DNA of 64,000 nucleotides, taken from Laetmonice hystrix. Taxonomy: Eukaryota. Numbering within the stretch: position 1 is the first letter of the stretch; each line of letters starts with the position of its first letter. The stretch lies in assembly GCA_965235115.1 (NCBI GenBank), contig OZ249436.1, forward strand, positions 25,174,001 through 25,238,000, read 5' to 3'. A program made the position numbers and the translations under genes. Positions 40,401 to 55,400 of this stretch are shown here, in pieces. The notes beneath the pieces were generated by a model. The model was not told the DNA's origin. It was given only the letters and a program-made list of their open reading frames with translations, and ran no database searches.

Positions 40401-43400
40401 ATCCAAGCCTAATTACGTCATTGCTAGTTTCATAACCAAATCTCACAGAAAATACCCCACCCGGGCACATAACCTGAAAATATTCAACTTTTATCTCCAA
40501 TGTATCCCTGTGCACCTAGTAGCACCCAAGCGGGCCCAATTTTGACATTCCAACACAAATACCGCAAATACCCGCCTAATGGCACAAAAAACTTTCTACC
40601 CCGTTGCAAGTCACATTAGCTTGCTGCTTGTCGTAAAAAATGGTGCAGACCATTTCTAAAGTCACAGTACCCCACTCCCGGCCTAATATTACGTTTCAGT
40701 ATCCATATACGCGGCAAGCGGCAAGAACTCGAATACAGGCCTAAAAGTAACCCCAGTCTAGCAATATCATACTCTCATGCCATATACGAGCTTGTAATTA
40801 TCTTTAATTAATGGGCTCCGCAGCACCAACCCACTGCATTAACATTTGTTTAACAGCTTAACGCACCTTGTAAAAAATTTTCAAGTGCGTAAAAATGCGT
40901 GTCCACCTCCACATACTTTAAAAATCACTATACCCACCCAGCGACATTCACTCTAATACACGCCTAAGAGGAACTTCACTGTCCCATTTGATTCTCCAGC
41001 ACGTATAGGATGTTTCAAGTAACATTCATCCACGGTCTGGCCCAATAACGTGCAACAAGGCATAGTAAGTCAATGCGAGCTCGCATGTCAAACCTAACCC
41101 GCCCCCCAGCACATGAGCTGAAAATATTCAAATAGCTTGAAAACTAGAATATAGCTTTGCTTAATACCATTATACCATCAACTCGCATTACAGGCCTAAT
41201 GCGAAGCTCCCAGCCTAAAACGAGTTTCCAATTAATTTAAAGTTAACAAGATGCACTAATAATCGATTCCAAGCCTAATTAGGCCATTGCTAGTTGGATA
41301 ACCAAATCTCATACAAAATACACCCTCCCGGCAGATGACCTGAGAATATTCAACTCTTATGTCCGATATATCCCTGTCCGCTTTGTAGCACCCAGCCGGG
41401 CCCCCATTTTGACATTGCAACACCAATACAGCAAGTGCCCAGCTAACAGCACAAATAACAGGATTCAGGGCTTCCTACCACGTTACAAGTCACAATAGAT
41501 TGCTGCCTGTCGTAAAAATATACCAGACCATTTTAAAAAGTCACAGAACCCCAATCCGGCCCTAATATGTCACTCCCAGTACCAATACACTCTGGAAGCA
41601 CCATCAACTGAAATTCAGGCCTAGAACCCACCTCTCTCTACCAATATCATGCACCTAGTCCGTATACGAGGTTGTAATTTCCTTTAATCAACGGGTTGCG
41701 CCGCAGCAACCCACTCTGGTCTTTGCAATCTTTTTCAATATGCGTTAACATTTGTGACCAGCTCAACGCGCCTTGTAAAATTTTTCAAAGTGCGTAAAAG
41801 TGTGTGTCCACCCCGTCACGCTTTCCAAACCACTATACCCACCGAGCGACATCCACTCAAATACAGGCTTCGACCGATCCTCACTGTGCCAATAATCCGC
41901 CACAAGGCAAATTCAGTCAATGCAAGCTGGAAAATCGAATGTCAAACCTAATGCTCCCCCCCCAGCACGTTAACTGAAAATAATCAACTAGCTTGAAAAC
42001 TAGAATATAGCTTTGTTTAGCTAACAATCTACTCTCCCAGCGCCATCAACTCGCATACAGGCGTAAAAGCAAACGCACTGCCCCATATAATGCTCCCAGC
42101 CTAAAACGATGTTGCAATTAATTTAAAATTAACAAGATGCACTAGTAATCCGATCCAAGCCTAATTACGTCATTGCTAGTTTCATAACCAAATCTCACAG
42201 AAAATACCCCATCCGCGCACATAACCTGAAAATATTCAACTTTTATCTCCAATGTATCCCTGTGCACCTAGTAGCACCCAAGCGGGCCCAATTTTGACAT
42301 TCCAACACAAATACCGCAAATACCCGCCTAATGGCACAAAAAACTTTCTACCCCGTTGCAAGTCACATTAGCTTGCTGCTTGTCGTAAAAAATGGTGCAG
42401 ACCATTTCTAAAGTCACAGTACCCCACTCCCGGCCTAATATTACGTTTCAGTATCCATATACGCTGCAAGCGGCAGGAACTCGAATACAGGCCTAAAAGT
42501 AACCCCAGTCTAGCAATATCATACTCTCATGCCATATACGAGCTTGTAATTATCTTTAATTAATGGCTCCGCAGCACCAACCCACTGCATTAACATTTGT
42601 TTAACAGCTTAACGCACCTTGTAAAAAATTTTCAAGTGCGTAAAAATGCGTGTCCACCTCCACATACTTTAAAAATCACTATACCCACCCAGCGACATTC
42701 ACTCTAATACACGCCTAAGAGGAACTTCACTGTCCCATTTGATCCTCCAGCACGTATAGGATGTTTCAAGTAACATTTATCCACGGTCTGGCCCAATAAC
42801 GTGCAACAAGGCATAGTAAGTCAATGCGACCTCGCATGTCAAACCTAACCCGCCCCCCAGCACATGAGGTGGAGATATTCAAATAGCTTGAAAACTAGAA
42901 TATAGCTTTGCTTAATACCATTATACCATCAACTCGCATTACAGGCCTAATGCGAAGCTCCCAGCCTAAAACGAGTTTCCAATTAATTTAAAGTTAACAA
43001 GATGCACTAATAATCGATTCCAAGCCTAATTAGGCCATTGCTAGTTGGATAACCAAATCTCATACAAAATACACCCTCCCGGCAGATGACCTGAGAATAT
43101 TCAACTCTTATGTCCGATATATCCCTGTCCGCTTTGTAGCACCCAGCCGGGCCCCCATTTTGACATTGCAACACCAATACAGCAAGTGCCCAGCTAACAG
43201 CACAAATAACAGGATTCAGGGCTTCCTACCACGTTACAAGTCACAATAGATTGCTGCCTGTCGTAAAAATATACCAGACCATTTTAAAAAGTCACAGAAC
43301 CCCAATCCGGCCCTAATATGTCACTCCCAGTACCAATACACTCTGGAAGCACCATCAACTGAAATTCAGGCCTAGAACCCACCTCTCTCTACCAATATCA

Positions 43401-46400
43401 TGCACCTAGTCCGTATACGAGGTTGTAATTTCCTTTAATCAACGGGTTGCGCCGCAGCAACCCACTCTGGTCTTTGCAATCTTTTTCAATATGCGTTAAC
43501 ATTTGTGACCAGCTCAACGCGCCTTGTAAAATTTTTCAAAGTGCGTAAAAGTGTGTGTCCACCCCGTCACGCTTTCCAAACCACTATACCCACCGAGCGA
43601 CATCCACTCAAATACAGGCTTCGACCGATCCTCACTGTGCCAATAATCCGCCACAAGGCAAATTCAGTCAATGCAAGCTGGAAAATCGAATGTCAAACCT
43701 AATGCTCCCCCCCCAGCACGTTAACTGAAAATAATCAACTAGCTTGAAAACTAGAATATAGCTTTGTTTAGCTAACAATCTACTCTCCCAGCGCCATCAA
43801 CTCGCATACAGGCGTAAAAGCAAACGCACTGCCCCATATAATGCTCCCAGCCTAAAACGATGTTGCAATTAATTTAAAATTAACAAGATGCACTAGTAAT
43901 CCGATCCAAGCCTAATTACGTCATTGCTAGTTTCATAACCAAATCTCACAGAAAATACCCCATCCGCGCACATAACCTGAAAATATTCAACTTTTATCTC
44001 CAATGTATCCCTGTGCACCTAGTAGCACCCAAGCGGGCCCAATTTTGACATTCCAACACAAATACCGCAAATACCCGCCTAATGGCACAAAAAACTTTCT
44101 ACCCCGTTGCAAGTCACATTAGCTTGCTGCTTGTCGTAAAAAATGGTGCAGACCATTTCTAAAGTCACAGTACCCCACTCCCGGCCTAATATTACGTTTC
44201 AGTATCCATATACGCTGCAAGCGGCAGGAACTCGAATACAGGCCTAAAAGTAACCCCAGTCTAGCAATATCATACTCTCATGCCATATACGAGCTTGTAA
44301 TTATCTTTAATTAATGGCTCCGCAGCACCAACCCACTGCATTAACATTTGTTTAACAGCTTAACGCACCTTGTAAAAAATTTTCAAGTGCGTAAAAATGC
44401 GTGTCCACCTCCACATACTTTAAAAATCACTATACCCACCCAGCGACATTCACTCTAATACACGCCTAAGAGGAACTTCACTGTCCCATTTGATCCTCCA
44501 GCACGTATAGGATGTTTCAAGTAACATTTATCCACGGTCTGGCCCAATAACGTGCAACAAGGCATAGTAAGTCAATGCGACCTCGCATGTCAAACCTAAC
44601 CCGCCCCCCAGCACATGAGGTGGAGATATTCAAATAGCTTGAAAACTAGAATATAGCTTTGCTTAATACCATTATACCATCAACTCGCATTACAGGCCTA
44701 ATGCGAAGCTCCCAGCCTAAAACGAGTTTCCAATTAATTTAAAGTTAACAAGATGCACTAATAATCGATTCCAAGCCTAATTAGGCCATTGCTAGTTGGA
44801 TAACCAAATCTCATACAAAATACACCCTCCCGGCAGATGACCTGAGAATATTCAACTCTTATGTCCGATATATCCCTGTCCGCTTTGTAGCACCCAGCCG
44901 GGCCCCCATTTTGACATTGCAACACCAATACAGCAAGTGCCCAGCTAACAGCACAAATAACAGGATTCAGGGCTTCCTACCACGTTACAAGTCACAATAG
45001 ATTGCTGCCTGTCGTAAAAATATACCAGACCATTTTAAAAAGTCACAGAACCCCAATCCGGCCCTAATATGTCACTCCCAGTACCAATACACTCTGGAAG
45101 CACCATCAACTGAAATTCAGGCCTAGAACCCACCTCTCTCTACCAATATCATGCACCTAGTCCGTATACGAGGTTGTAATTTCCTTTAATCAACGGGTTG
45201 CGCCGCAGCAACCCACTCTGGTCTTTGCAATCTTTTTCAATATGCGTTAACATTTGTGACCAGCTCAACGCGCCTTGTAAAATTTTTCAAAGTGCGTAAA
45301 AGTGTGTGTCCACCCCGTCACGCTTTCCAAACCACTATACCCACCGAGCGACATCCACTCAAATACAGGCTTCGACCGATCCTCACTGTGCCAATAATCC
45401 GCCACAAGGCAAATTCAGTCAATGCAAGCTGGAAAATCGAATGTCAAACCTAATGCTCCCCCCCCCAGCACGTTAACTGAAAATAATCAACTAGCTTGAA
45501 AACTAGAATATAGCTTTGTTTAGCTAACAATCTACTCTCCCAGCGCCATCAACTCGCATACAGGCGTAAAAGCAAACGCACTGCCCCATATAATGCTCCC
45601 AGCCTAAAACGATGTTGCAATTAATTTAAAATTAACAAGATGCACTAGTAATCCGATCCAAGCCTAATTACGTCATTGCTAGTTTCATAACCAAATCTCA
45701 CAGAAAATACCCCACCCGCGCACATAACCTGAAAATATTCAACTTTTATCTCCAATGTATCCCTGTGCACCTAGTAGCACCCAAGCGGGCCCAATTTTGA
45801 CATTCCAACACAAATACCGCAAATACCCGCCTAATGGCACAAAAAACTTTCTACCCCGTTGCAAGTCACATTAGCTTGCTGCTTGTCGTAAAAAATGGTG
45901 CAGACCATTTCTAAAGTCACAGTACCCCACTCCCGGCCTAATATTACGTTTCAGTATCCATATACGCTGCAAGCGGCAGGAACTCGAATACAGGCCTAAA
46001 AGTAACCCCAGTCTAGCAATATCATACTTTCATGCCATATACGAGCTTGTAATTATCTTTAATTAATGGGCTCCGCAGCACCAACCCACTGCATTAACAT
46101 TTGTTTAACAGCTTAACGCACCTTGTAAAAAATTTTCAAGTGCGTAAAAATGCGTGTCCACCTCCACATACTTTAAAAATCACTATTTGATTCTCCAGCA
46201 CGTATAGGATGTTTCAAGTAACATTTATCCACGGTCTGGCCCAACAACGTGCAACAAGGCATAGTAAGTCAATGCGAGCTCGCATGTCAAACCTAACCCG
46301 CCCCCCAGCACATGAGCTGAAAATATTCAAATAGCTTGAAAACTAGAATATAGCTTTGCTTAATACCATTATACCATCAACTCGCATTACAGGCCTAATG

Positions 46401-49400
46401 CGAAGCTCCCAGCCTAAAACGAGTTTCCAATTAATTTAAAGTTAACAAGATGCACTAATAATCGATTCCAAGCCTAATTAGGCCATTGCTAGTTGGATAA
46501 CCAAATCTCATACAAAATACACCCTCCCGGCAGATGACCTGAGAATATTCAACTCTTATGTCCGATATATCCCTGTCCGCTTAGTAGCACCCAGCCGGGC
46601 CCCCATTTTGACATTGCAACACCAATACAGCAAGTGCCCAGCTAACAGCACAAATAACAGGATTCAGGGCTTCCTACCACGTTACAAGTCACAATAGATT
46701 GCTGCCTGTCGTAAAAATATACCAGACCATTTTAAAAAGTCACAGAACCCCAATCCGGCCCTAATATGTCACTCCCAGTACCAATAGACGCTGGAAGCAC
46801 CATCAACTGAAATTCAGGCCTAGAACCCACCTCTCTCTACCAATATCATGCACCTAGTCCGTATACGAGGTTGTAATTTACTTTAATCAACGGGCTGCGC
46901 CGCAGCAACCCACTCTGGTCTTTGCAATCTTTTTCAATATGCGTTAACATTTGTGACCAGCTCAACGCGCCTTGTAAAATTTTTCAAAGTGCGTAAAAGT
47001 GTGTGTCCACCCCGACACGCTTTCCAAACCACTATACCCACCGAGCGACATCCACTCAAATACAGGCTTCGACCGATCCTCACTGTGCCAATAATCCGCC
47101 ACAAGGCAAATTCAGTCAATGCAAGCTGGAAAATCGAATGTCAAACCTAATGCTCCCCCCCCCCAGCACGTTAACTGAAAAAAATCAACTAGCTTGAAAA
47201 CTAGAATATAGCTTTGTTTAGCTAACAATCTACTCTCCCAGCGCCATCAACTCGCATACAGGCGTAAAAGCAAACGCACTGCCCCATATAATGCTCCCAG
47301 CCTAAAACGATGTTGCAATTAATTTAAAATTAACAAGATGCACTAGTAATCCGATCCAAGCCTAATTACGTCATTGCTAGTTTCATTACCAAATCTCACA
47401 GAAAATACCCCACCCGCGCACATAACCTGAAAATATTCAACTTTTATCTCCAATGTATCCCTGTGCACCTAGTAGCACCCAAGCGGGCCCAATTTTGACA
47501 TTCCAACACAAATACCGCAAATACCCGCCTAATGGCACAAAAAACTTTCTACCCCGTTGCAAGTCACATTAGCTTGCTGCTTGTAAAAAATGGTGCAGAC
47601 CATTTCTAAAGTCACAGTACCCCACTCCCGGCCTAATATTACGTTTCAGTATCCATATACGCTGCAAGCGGCAAGAACTCGAATACAGGCCTAAAAGTAA
47701 CCCCAGTCTAGCAATATCATACTCTCATGCCATATACGAGCTTGTAATTATCTTTAATTAATGGGCTCCGCAGCACCAACCCACTGCATTAACATTTGTT
47801 TAACAGCTTAACGCACCTTGTAAAAAATTTTCAAGTGCGTAAAAATGCGTGTCCACCTCCACATACTTTAAAAATCACTATACCCACCCAGCGACATTCA
47901 CTCTAATACACGCCTAAGAGGAACTTCACTGTCCCATTTGATTCTCCAGCACGTATAGGATGTTTCAAGTAACATTCATCCACGGTCTGGCCCAATAACG
48001 TGCAACAAGGCATAGTAAGTCAATGCGAGCTCGCATGTCAAACCTAACCCGCCCCCCAGCACATGAGCTGAAAATATTCAAATAGCTTGAAAACTAGAAT
48101 ATAGCTTTGCTTAATACCATTATACCATCAACTCGCATTACAGGCCTAATGCGAAGCTCCCAGCCTAAAACGAGTTTCCAATTAATTTAAAGTTAACAAG
48201 ATGCACTAATAATCGATTCCAAGCCTAATTAGGCCATTGCTAGTTGGATATCCAAATCTCATACAAAATACACCCTCCCGGCAGATGACCTGAGAATATT
48301 CAACTCTTATGTCCGATATATCCCTGTCCGCTTTGTAGCACCCAGCCGGGCCCCCATTTTGACATTGCAACACCAATACAGCAAGTGCCCAGCTAACAGC
48401 ACAAATAACAGGATTCAGGGCTTCCTACCACGTTACAAGTCACAATAGATTGCTGCCTGTCGTAAAAATATACCAGACCATTTTAAAAAGTCACAGAACC
48501 CCAATCCGGCCCTAATATGTCACTCCCAGTACCAATACACTCTGGAAGCACCATCAACTGAAATTCAGGCCTAGAACCCACCTCTCTCTACCAATATCAT
48601 GCACCTAGTCCGTATACGAGGTTGTAATTTACTTTAATCAACGGGCTGCGCCGCAGCAACCCACTTTGGTCTTTGCAATCTTTTTCAATATGCGTTAACA
48701 TTTGTAACCAGCTCAACGCGCCTTGTAAAATTTTTCAAAGTGCGTAAAAGTGTGTGTCCACCCCGACACGCTTTCCAAACCACTATACCCACCGAGCGAC
48801 ATCCACTCAAATACAGGCTTCGACCGATCCTCACTGTGCCAATAATCCGCCACAAGGCAAATTCAGTCAATGCAAGCTGGAAAATCGAATGTCAAACCTA
48901 ATACTCCCCCCCCAGCACGTTAACTGAAAATAATCAACTAGCTTGAAAACTAGAATATAGCTTTGTTAAGCTAACAATCTACTCTCCCAGCGCCATCAAC
49001 TCGCATACAGGCGTAAAAGCAAACGCACTGCCCCATATAATGCTCCCAGCCTAAAACGATGTTGCAATTAATTTAAAATTAACAAGATGCACTAGTAATC
49101 CGATCCAAGCTTAATTACGTCATTGCTAGTTTCATAACCAAATCTCACAGAAAATACCCCACCCGGGCACATAACCTGAAAATATTCAACTTTTATCTCC
49201 AATGTATCCCTGTGCACCTAGTAGCACCCAAGCGGGCCCAATTTTGACATCCCAACACAAATACCGCAAATACCCGCCTAATGGCACAAAAAACTTTCTA
49301 CCCCGTTGCAAGTCACATTAGCGTGCTGCTTGTCGTAAAAAATGGTGCAGACCATTTCTAAAGTCACAGTACCCCACTCCCGGCCTAATATTACGTTTCA

Positions 49401-52400
49401 GTATCCATATACGCTGCAAGCGACAGGAACTCGAATACAGGCCTAAAAGTAACCTCAGTCTAGCAATATCATACTCCCATGCCATATACGAGCTTGTAAT
49501 TATCTTTAATTAATGGGCTCCGCAGCACCAACCCACTGCATTAACATTTGTTTAACAGCTTAACGCACCTTGTAAAATTTTTTCAAGTGCGTAAAAATGC
49601 GTGTCCACCTCCACATACTTTAAAAATCACTATACCCACCCAGCGACATCCACTCTAATACACGCCTAAAAGGAACTTCACTGTCCCATTTGATTCTCCA
49701 GCACGTATAGGATGTTTCAAGTAACATTCATCCACGGTCTGGCCCAATAACGTGCAACAAGGCGTAGTAAGTCAATGCGACCTCGCATGTCAAACCTAAC
49801 CCGCCCCCCAGCACATGAGCTGAAAATATTCAAATAGCGTGAAAACTAGAATATAGCTTTGCTTAATACCATTATACCATCAACTCGCATTACAGGCCTA
49901 ATGCGAAGCTCCCAGCCTAAAACGAGTTTCCAATTAATTTAAAGTTAACAAGATGCACTAATAATCGATTCCAAGCCTAATTAGGCCATTGCTAGTTGGA
50001 TAACCAAATCTCATACAAAATACACCCTCCCGGCAGATGACCTGAGAATATTCAACTCTTATGTCCGATATATCCCTGTCCGCTTAGTAGCACCCAGCCG
50101 GGCCCCCATTTTGACATTGCAACACCAATACAGCAAGTGCCCAGCTAACAGCACAAATAACAGGATTCAGGGCTTCCTACCACGTTACAAGTCACAATAG
50201 ATTGCTGCCTGTCGTAAAAATATACCAGACCATTTTAAAAAGTCACAGAACCCCAATCCGGCCCTAATATGTCACTCCCAGTACCAATACACTCTGGAAG
50301 CACCATCAACTGAAATTCAGGCCTAGAACCCACCTCTCTCTACCAATATCATGCACCTAGTCCGTATACGAGGTTGTAATTTCCTTTAATCAACGGGTTG
50401 CGCCGCAGCAACCCACTCTGGTCTTTGCAATCTTTTTCAATATGCGTTAACATTTGTGACCAGCTCAACGCGCCTTGTAAAATTTTTCAAAGTGCGTAAA
50501 AGTGTGTGTCCACCCCGTCACGCTTTCCAAACCACTATACCCACCGAGCGACATCCACTCAAATACAGGCTTCGACCGATCCTCACTGTGCCAATAATCC
50601 GCCACAAGGCAAATTCAGTCAATGCAAGCTGGAAAATCGAATGTCAAACCTAATGCTCCCCCCCCAGCACGTTAACTGAAAATAATCAACTAGCTTGAAA
50701 ACTAGAATATAGCTTTGTTTAGCTAACAATCTACTCTCCCAGCGCCATCAACTCGCATACAGGCGTAAAAGCAAACGCACTGCCCCATATAATGCTCCCA
50801 GCCTAAAACGATGTTGCAATTAATTTAAAATTAACAAGATGCACTAGTCATCCGATCCAAGCCTAATTACGTCATTGCTAGTTTCATAACCAAATCTCAC
50901 AGACAATACCCCACCCGCGCACATAACCTGAAAATATTCAACTTTTATCTCCAATGTATCCCTGTGCACCTAGTAGCACCCAAGCGGGCCCAATTTTGAC
51001 ATTCCAACACAAATACCGCAAATACCCGCCTAATGGCACAAAAAACTTTCTACCCCGTTGCAAGTCACATTAGCTTGCTGCTTGTCGTAAAAAATGGTGC
51101 AGACCATTTCTAAAGTCACAGTACCCCACTCCCGGCCTAATATTACGTTTCAGTATCCATATACGCTGCAAGCGGCAGGAACTCGAATACAGGCCTAAAA
51201 GTAACCCCAGTCTAGCAATATCATACTCTCATGCCATATACGAGCTTGTAATTATCTTTAATTAATGGGCTCCGCAGCACCAACCCACTGCATTAACATT
51301 TGTTTAACAGCTTAACGCACCTTGTAAAAAATTTTCAAGTGCGTAAAATTGCGTGTCCACCTCCACATACTTTAAAAATCACTATTTGATTCTCCAGCAC
51401 GTATAGGATGTTTCAAGTAACATTTATCCACGGTCTGGCCCAACAACGTGCAACAAGGCATAGTAAGTCAATGCGAGCTCGCATGTCAAACCTAACCCGC
51501 CCCCCAGCACATGAGCTGAAAATATTCAAATAGCTTGAAAACTAGAATATAGCTTTGCTTAATACCATTATACCATCAACTCGCATTACAGGCCTAATGC
51601 GAAGCTCCCAGCCTAAAACGAGTTTCCAATTAATTTAAAGTTAACAAGATGCACTAATAATCGATTCCAAGCCTAATTAGGCCATTGCTAGTTGGATAAC
51701 CAAATCTCATACAAAATACACCCTCCCGGCAGATGACCTGAGAATATTCAACTCTTATGTCCGATATATCCCTGTCCGCTTTGTAGCACCCAGCCGGGCC
51801 CCCATTTTGACATTGCAACACCAATACAGCAAGTGCCCAGCTAACAGCACAAATAACAGGATTCAGGGCTTCCTACCACGTTACAAGTCACAATAGATTG
51901 CTGCCTGTCGTAAAAATATACCAGACCATTTTAAAAAGTCACAGAACCCCAATCCGGCCCTAATATGTCACTCCCAGTACCAATACACTCTGGAAGCACC
52001 ATCAACTGAAATTCAGGCCTAGAACCCACCTCTCTCTACCAATATCATGCACCTAGTCCGTATACGAGGTTGTAATTTACTTTAATCAACGGCCTGCGCC
52101 GCAGCAACCCACTCTGGTCTTTGCAATCTTTTTCAATATGCGTTAACATTTGTAACCAGCTCAACGCGCCTTGTAAAATTTTTCAAAGTGCGTAAAAGTG
52201 TGTGTCCACCCCGACACGCTTTCCAAACCACTATACCCACCGAGCGACATCCACTCAAATACAGGCTTCGACCGATCCTCACTGTGCCAATAATCCGCCA
52301 CAAGGCAAATTCAGTCAATGCAAGCTGGAAAATCGAATGTCAAACCTAATACTCCCCCCCCCCCAGCACGTTAACTGAAAATAATCAACTAGCTTGAAAA

Positions 52401-55400
52401 CTAGAATATAGCTTTGTTTAGCTAACAATCTACTCTCCCAGCGCCATCAACTCGCATACAGGCGTAAAAGCAAACGCACTGCCCCATATAATGCTCCCAG
52501 CCTAAAACGATGTTGCAATTAATTTAAAATTAACAAGATGCACTAGTAATCCGATCCAAGCCTAATTACGTCATTGCTAGTTTCATAACCAAATCTCACA
52601 GAAAATACCCCACCCGCGCACATAACCTGAAAATATTCAACTTTTATCTCCAATGTATCCCTGTGCACCTAGTAGCACCCAAGCGGGCCCAATTTTGACA
52701 TTCCAACACAAATACCGCAAATACCCGCCTAATGGCACAAAAAACTTTCTACCCCGTTGCAAGTCACATTAGCTTGCTGCTTGTCGTAAAAAATGGTGCA
52801 GACCATTTCTAAAGTCACAGTACCCCACTCCCGGCCTAATATTACGTTTCAGTATCCATATACGCTGCAAGCGGCAGGAACTCGAATACAGGCCTAAAAG
52901 TAACCCCAGTCTAGCAATATCATACTCTCATGCCATATACGAGCTTGTAATTATCTTTAATTAATGGCTCCGCAGCACCAACCCACTGCATTAACATTTG
53001 TTTAACAGCTTAACGCACCTTGTAAAAAATTTTCAAGTGCGTAAAAATGCGTGTCCACCTCCACATACTTTAAAAATCACTATACCCACCCAGCGACATT
53101 CACTCTAATACACGCCTAAGAGGAACTTCACTGTCCCATTTGATCCTCCAGCACGTATAGGATGTTTCAAGTAACATTTATCCACGGTCTGGCCCAATAA
53201 CGTGCAACAAGGCATAGTAAGTCAATGCGACCTCGCATGTCAAACCTAACCCGCCCCCCAGCACATGAGTTGGAGATATTCAAATAGCTTGAAAACTAGA
53301 ATATAGCTTTGCTTAATACCATTATACCATCAACTCGCATTACAGGCCTAATGCGAAGCTCCCAGCCTAAAACGAGTTTCCAATTAATTTAAAGTTAACA
53401 AGATGCGCTAATAATCGATTCCAAGCCTAATTAGGCCATTGCTAGTTGGATAACCAAATCTCATACAAAATACACCCTCCCGGCAGATGACCTGAGAATA
53501 TTCAACTCTTATGTCCGATATATCCCTGTCCGCTTAGTAGCACCCAGCCGGGCCCCCATTTTGACATTGCAACACCAATACAGCAAGTGCCCAGCTAACA
53601 GCACAAATAACAGGATTCAGGGCTTCCTACCACGTTACAAGTCACAATAGATTGCTGCCTGTCGTAAAAATATACCAGACCATTTTAAAAAGTCACAGAA
53701 CCCCAATCCGGCCCTAATATGTCACTCCCAGTACCAATACACTCTGGAAGCACCATCAACTGAAATTCAGGCCTAGAACCCACCTCTCTCTACCAATATC
53801 ATGCACCTAGTCCGTATACGAGGTTGTAATTTCCTTTAATCAACGGGTTGCGCCGCAGCAACCCACTCTGGTCTTTGCAATCTTTTTCAATATGCGTTAA
53901 CATTTGTGACCAGCTCAACGCGCCTTGTAAAATTTTTCAAAGTGCGTAAAAGTGTGTGTCCACCCCGTCACGCTTTCCAAACCACTATACCCACCGAGCG
54001 ACATCCACTCAAATACAGGCTTCGACCGATCCTCACTGTGCCAATAATCCGCCACAAGGCAAATTCAGTCAATGCAAGCTGGAAAATCGAATGTCAAACC
54101 TAATGCTCCCCCCCCAGCACGTTAACTGAAAATAATCAACTAGCTTGAAAACTAGAATATAGCTTTGTTTAGCTAACAATCTACTCTCCCAGCGCCATCA
54201 ACTCGCATACAGGCGTAAAAGCAAACGCACTGCCCCATATAATGCTCCCAGCCTAAAACGATGTTGCAATTAATTTAAAATTAACAAGATGCACTAGTAA
54301 TCCGATCCAAGCCTAATTACGTCATTGCTAGTTTCATAACCAAATCTCACAGAAAATACCCCATCCGCGCACATAACCTGAAAATATTCAACTTTTATCT
54401 CCAATGTATCCCTGTGCACCTAGTAGCACCCAAGCGGGCCCAATTTTGACATTCCAACACAAATACCGCAAATACCCGCCTAATGGCACAAAAAACTTTC
54501 TACCCCGTTGCAAGTCACATTAGCTTGCTGCTTGTCGTAAAAAATGGTGCAGACCATTTCTAAAGTCACAGTACCCCACTCCCGGCCTAATATTACGTTT
54601 CAGTATCCATATACGCTGCAAGCGGCAGGAACTCGAATACAGGCCTAAAAGTAACCCCAGTCTAGCAATATCATACTCTCATGCCATATACGAGCTTGTA
54701 ATTATCTTTAATTAATGGCTCCGCAGCACCAACCCACTGCATTAACATTTGTTTAACAGCTTAACGCACCTTGTAAAAAATTTTCAAGTGCGTAAAAATG
54801 CGTGTCCACCTCCACATACTTTAAAAATCACTATACCCACCCAGCGACATTCACTCTAATACACGCCTAAGAGGAACTTCACTGTCCCATTTGATCCTCC
54901 AGCACGTATAGGATGTTTCAAGTAACATTTATCCACGGTCTGGCCCAATAACGTGCAACAAGGCATAGTAAGTCAATGCGACCTCGCATGTCAAACCTAA
55001 CCCGCCCCCCAGCACATGAGGTGGAGATATTCAAATAGCTTGAAAACTAGAATATAGCTTTGCTTAATACCATTATACCATCAACTCGCATTACAGGCCT
55101 AATGCGAAGCTCCCAGCCTAAAACGAGTTTCCAATTAATTTAAAGTTAACAAGATGCACTAATAATCGATTCCAAGCCTAATTAGGCCATTGCTAGTTGG
55201 ATAACCAAATCTCATACAAAATACACCCTCCCGGCAGATGACCTGAGAATATTCAACTCTTATGTCCGATATATCCCTGTCCGCTTAGTAGCACCCAGCC
55301 GGGCCCCCATTTTGACATTGCAACACCAATACAGCAAGTGCCCAGCTAACAGCACAAATAACAGGATTCAGGGCTTCCTACCACGTTACAAGTCACAATA

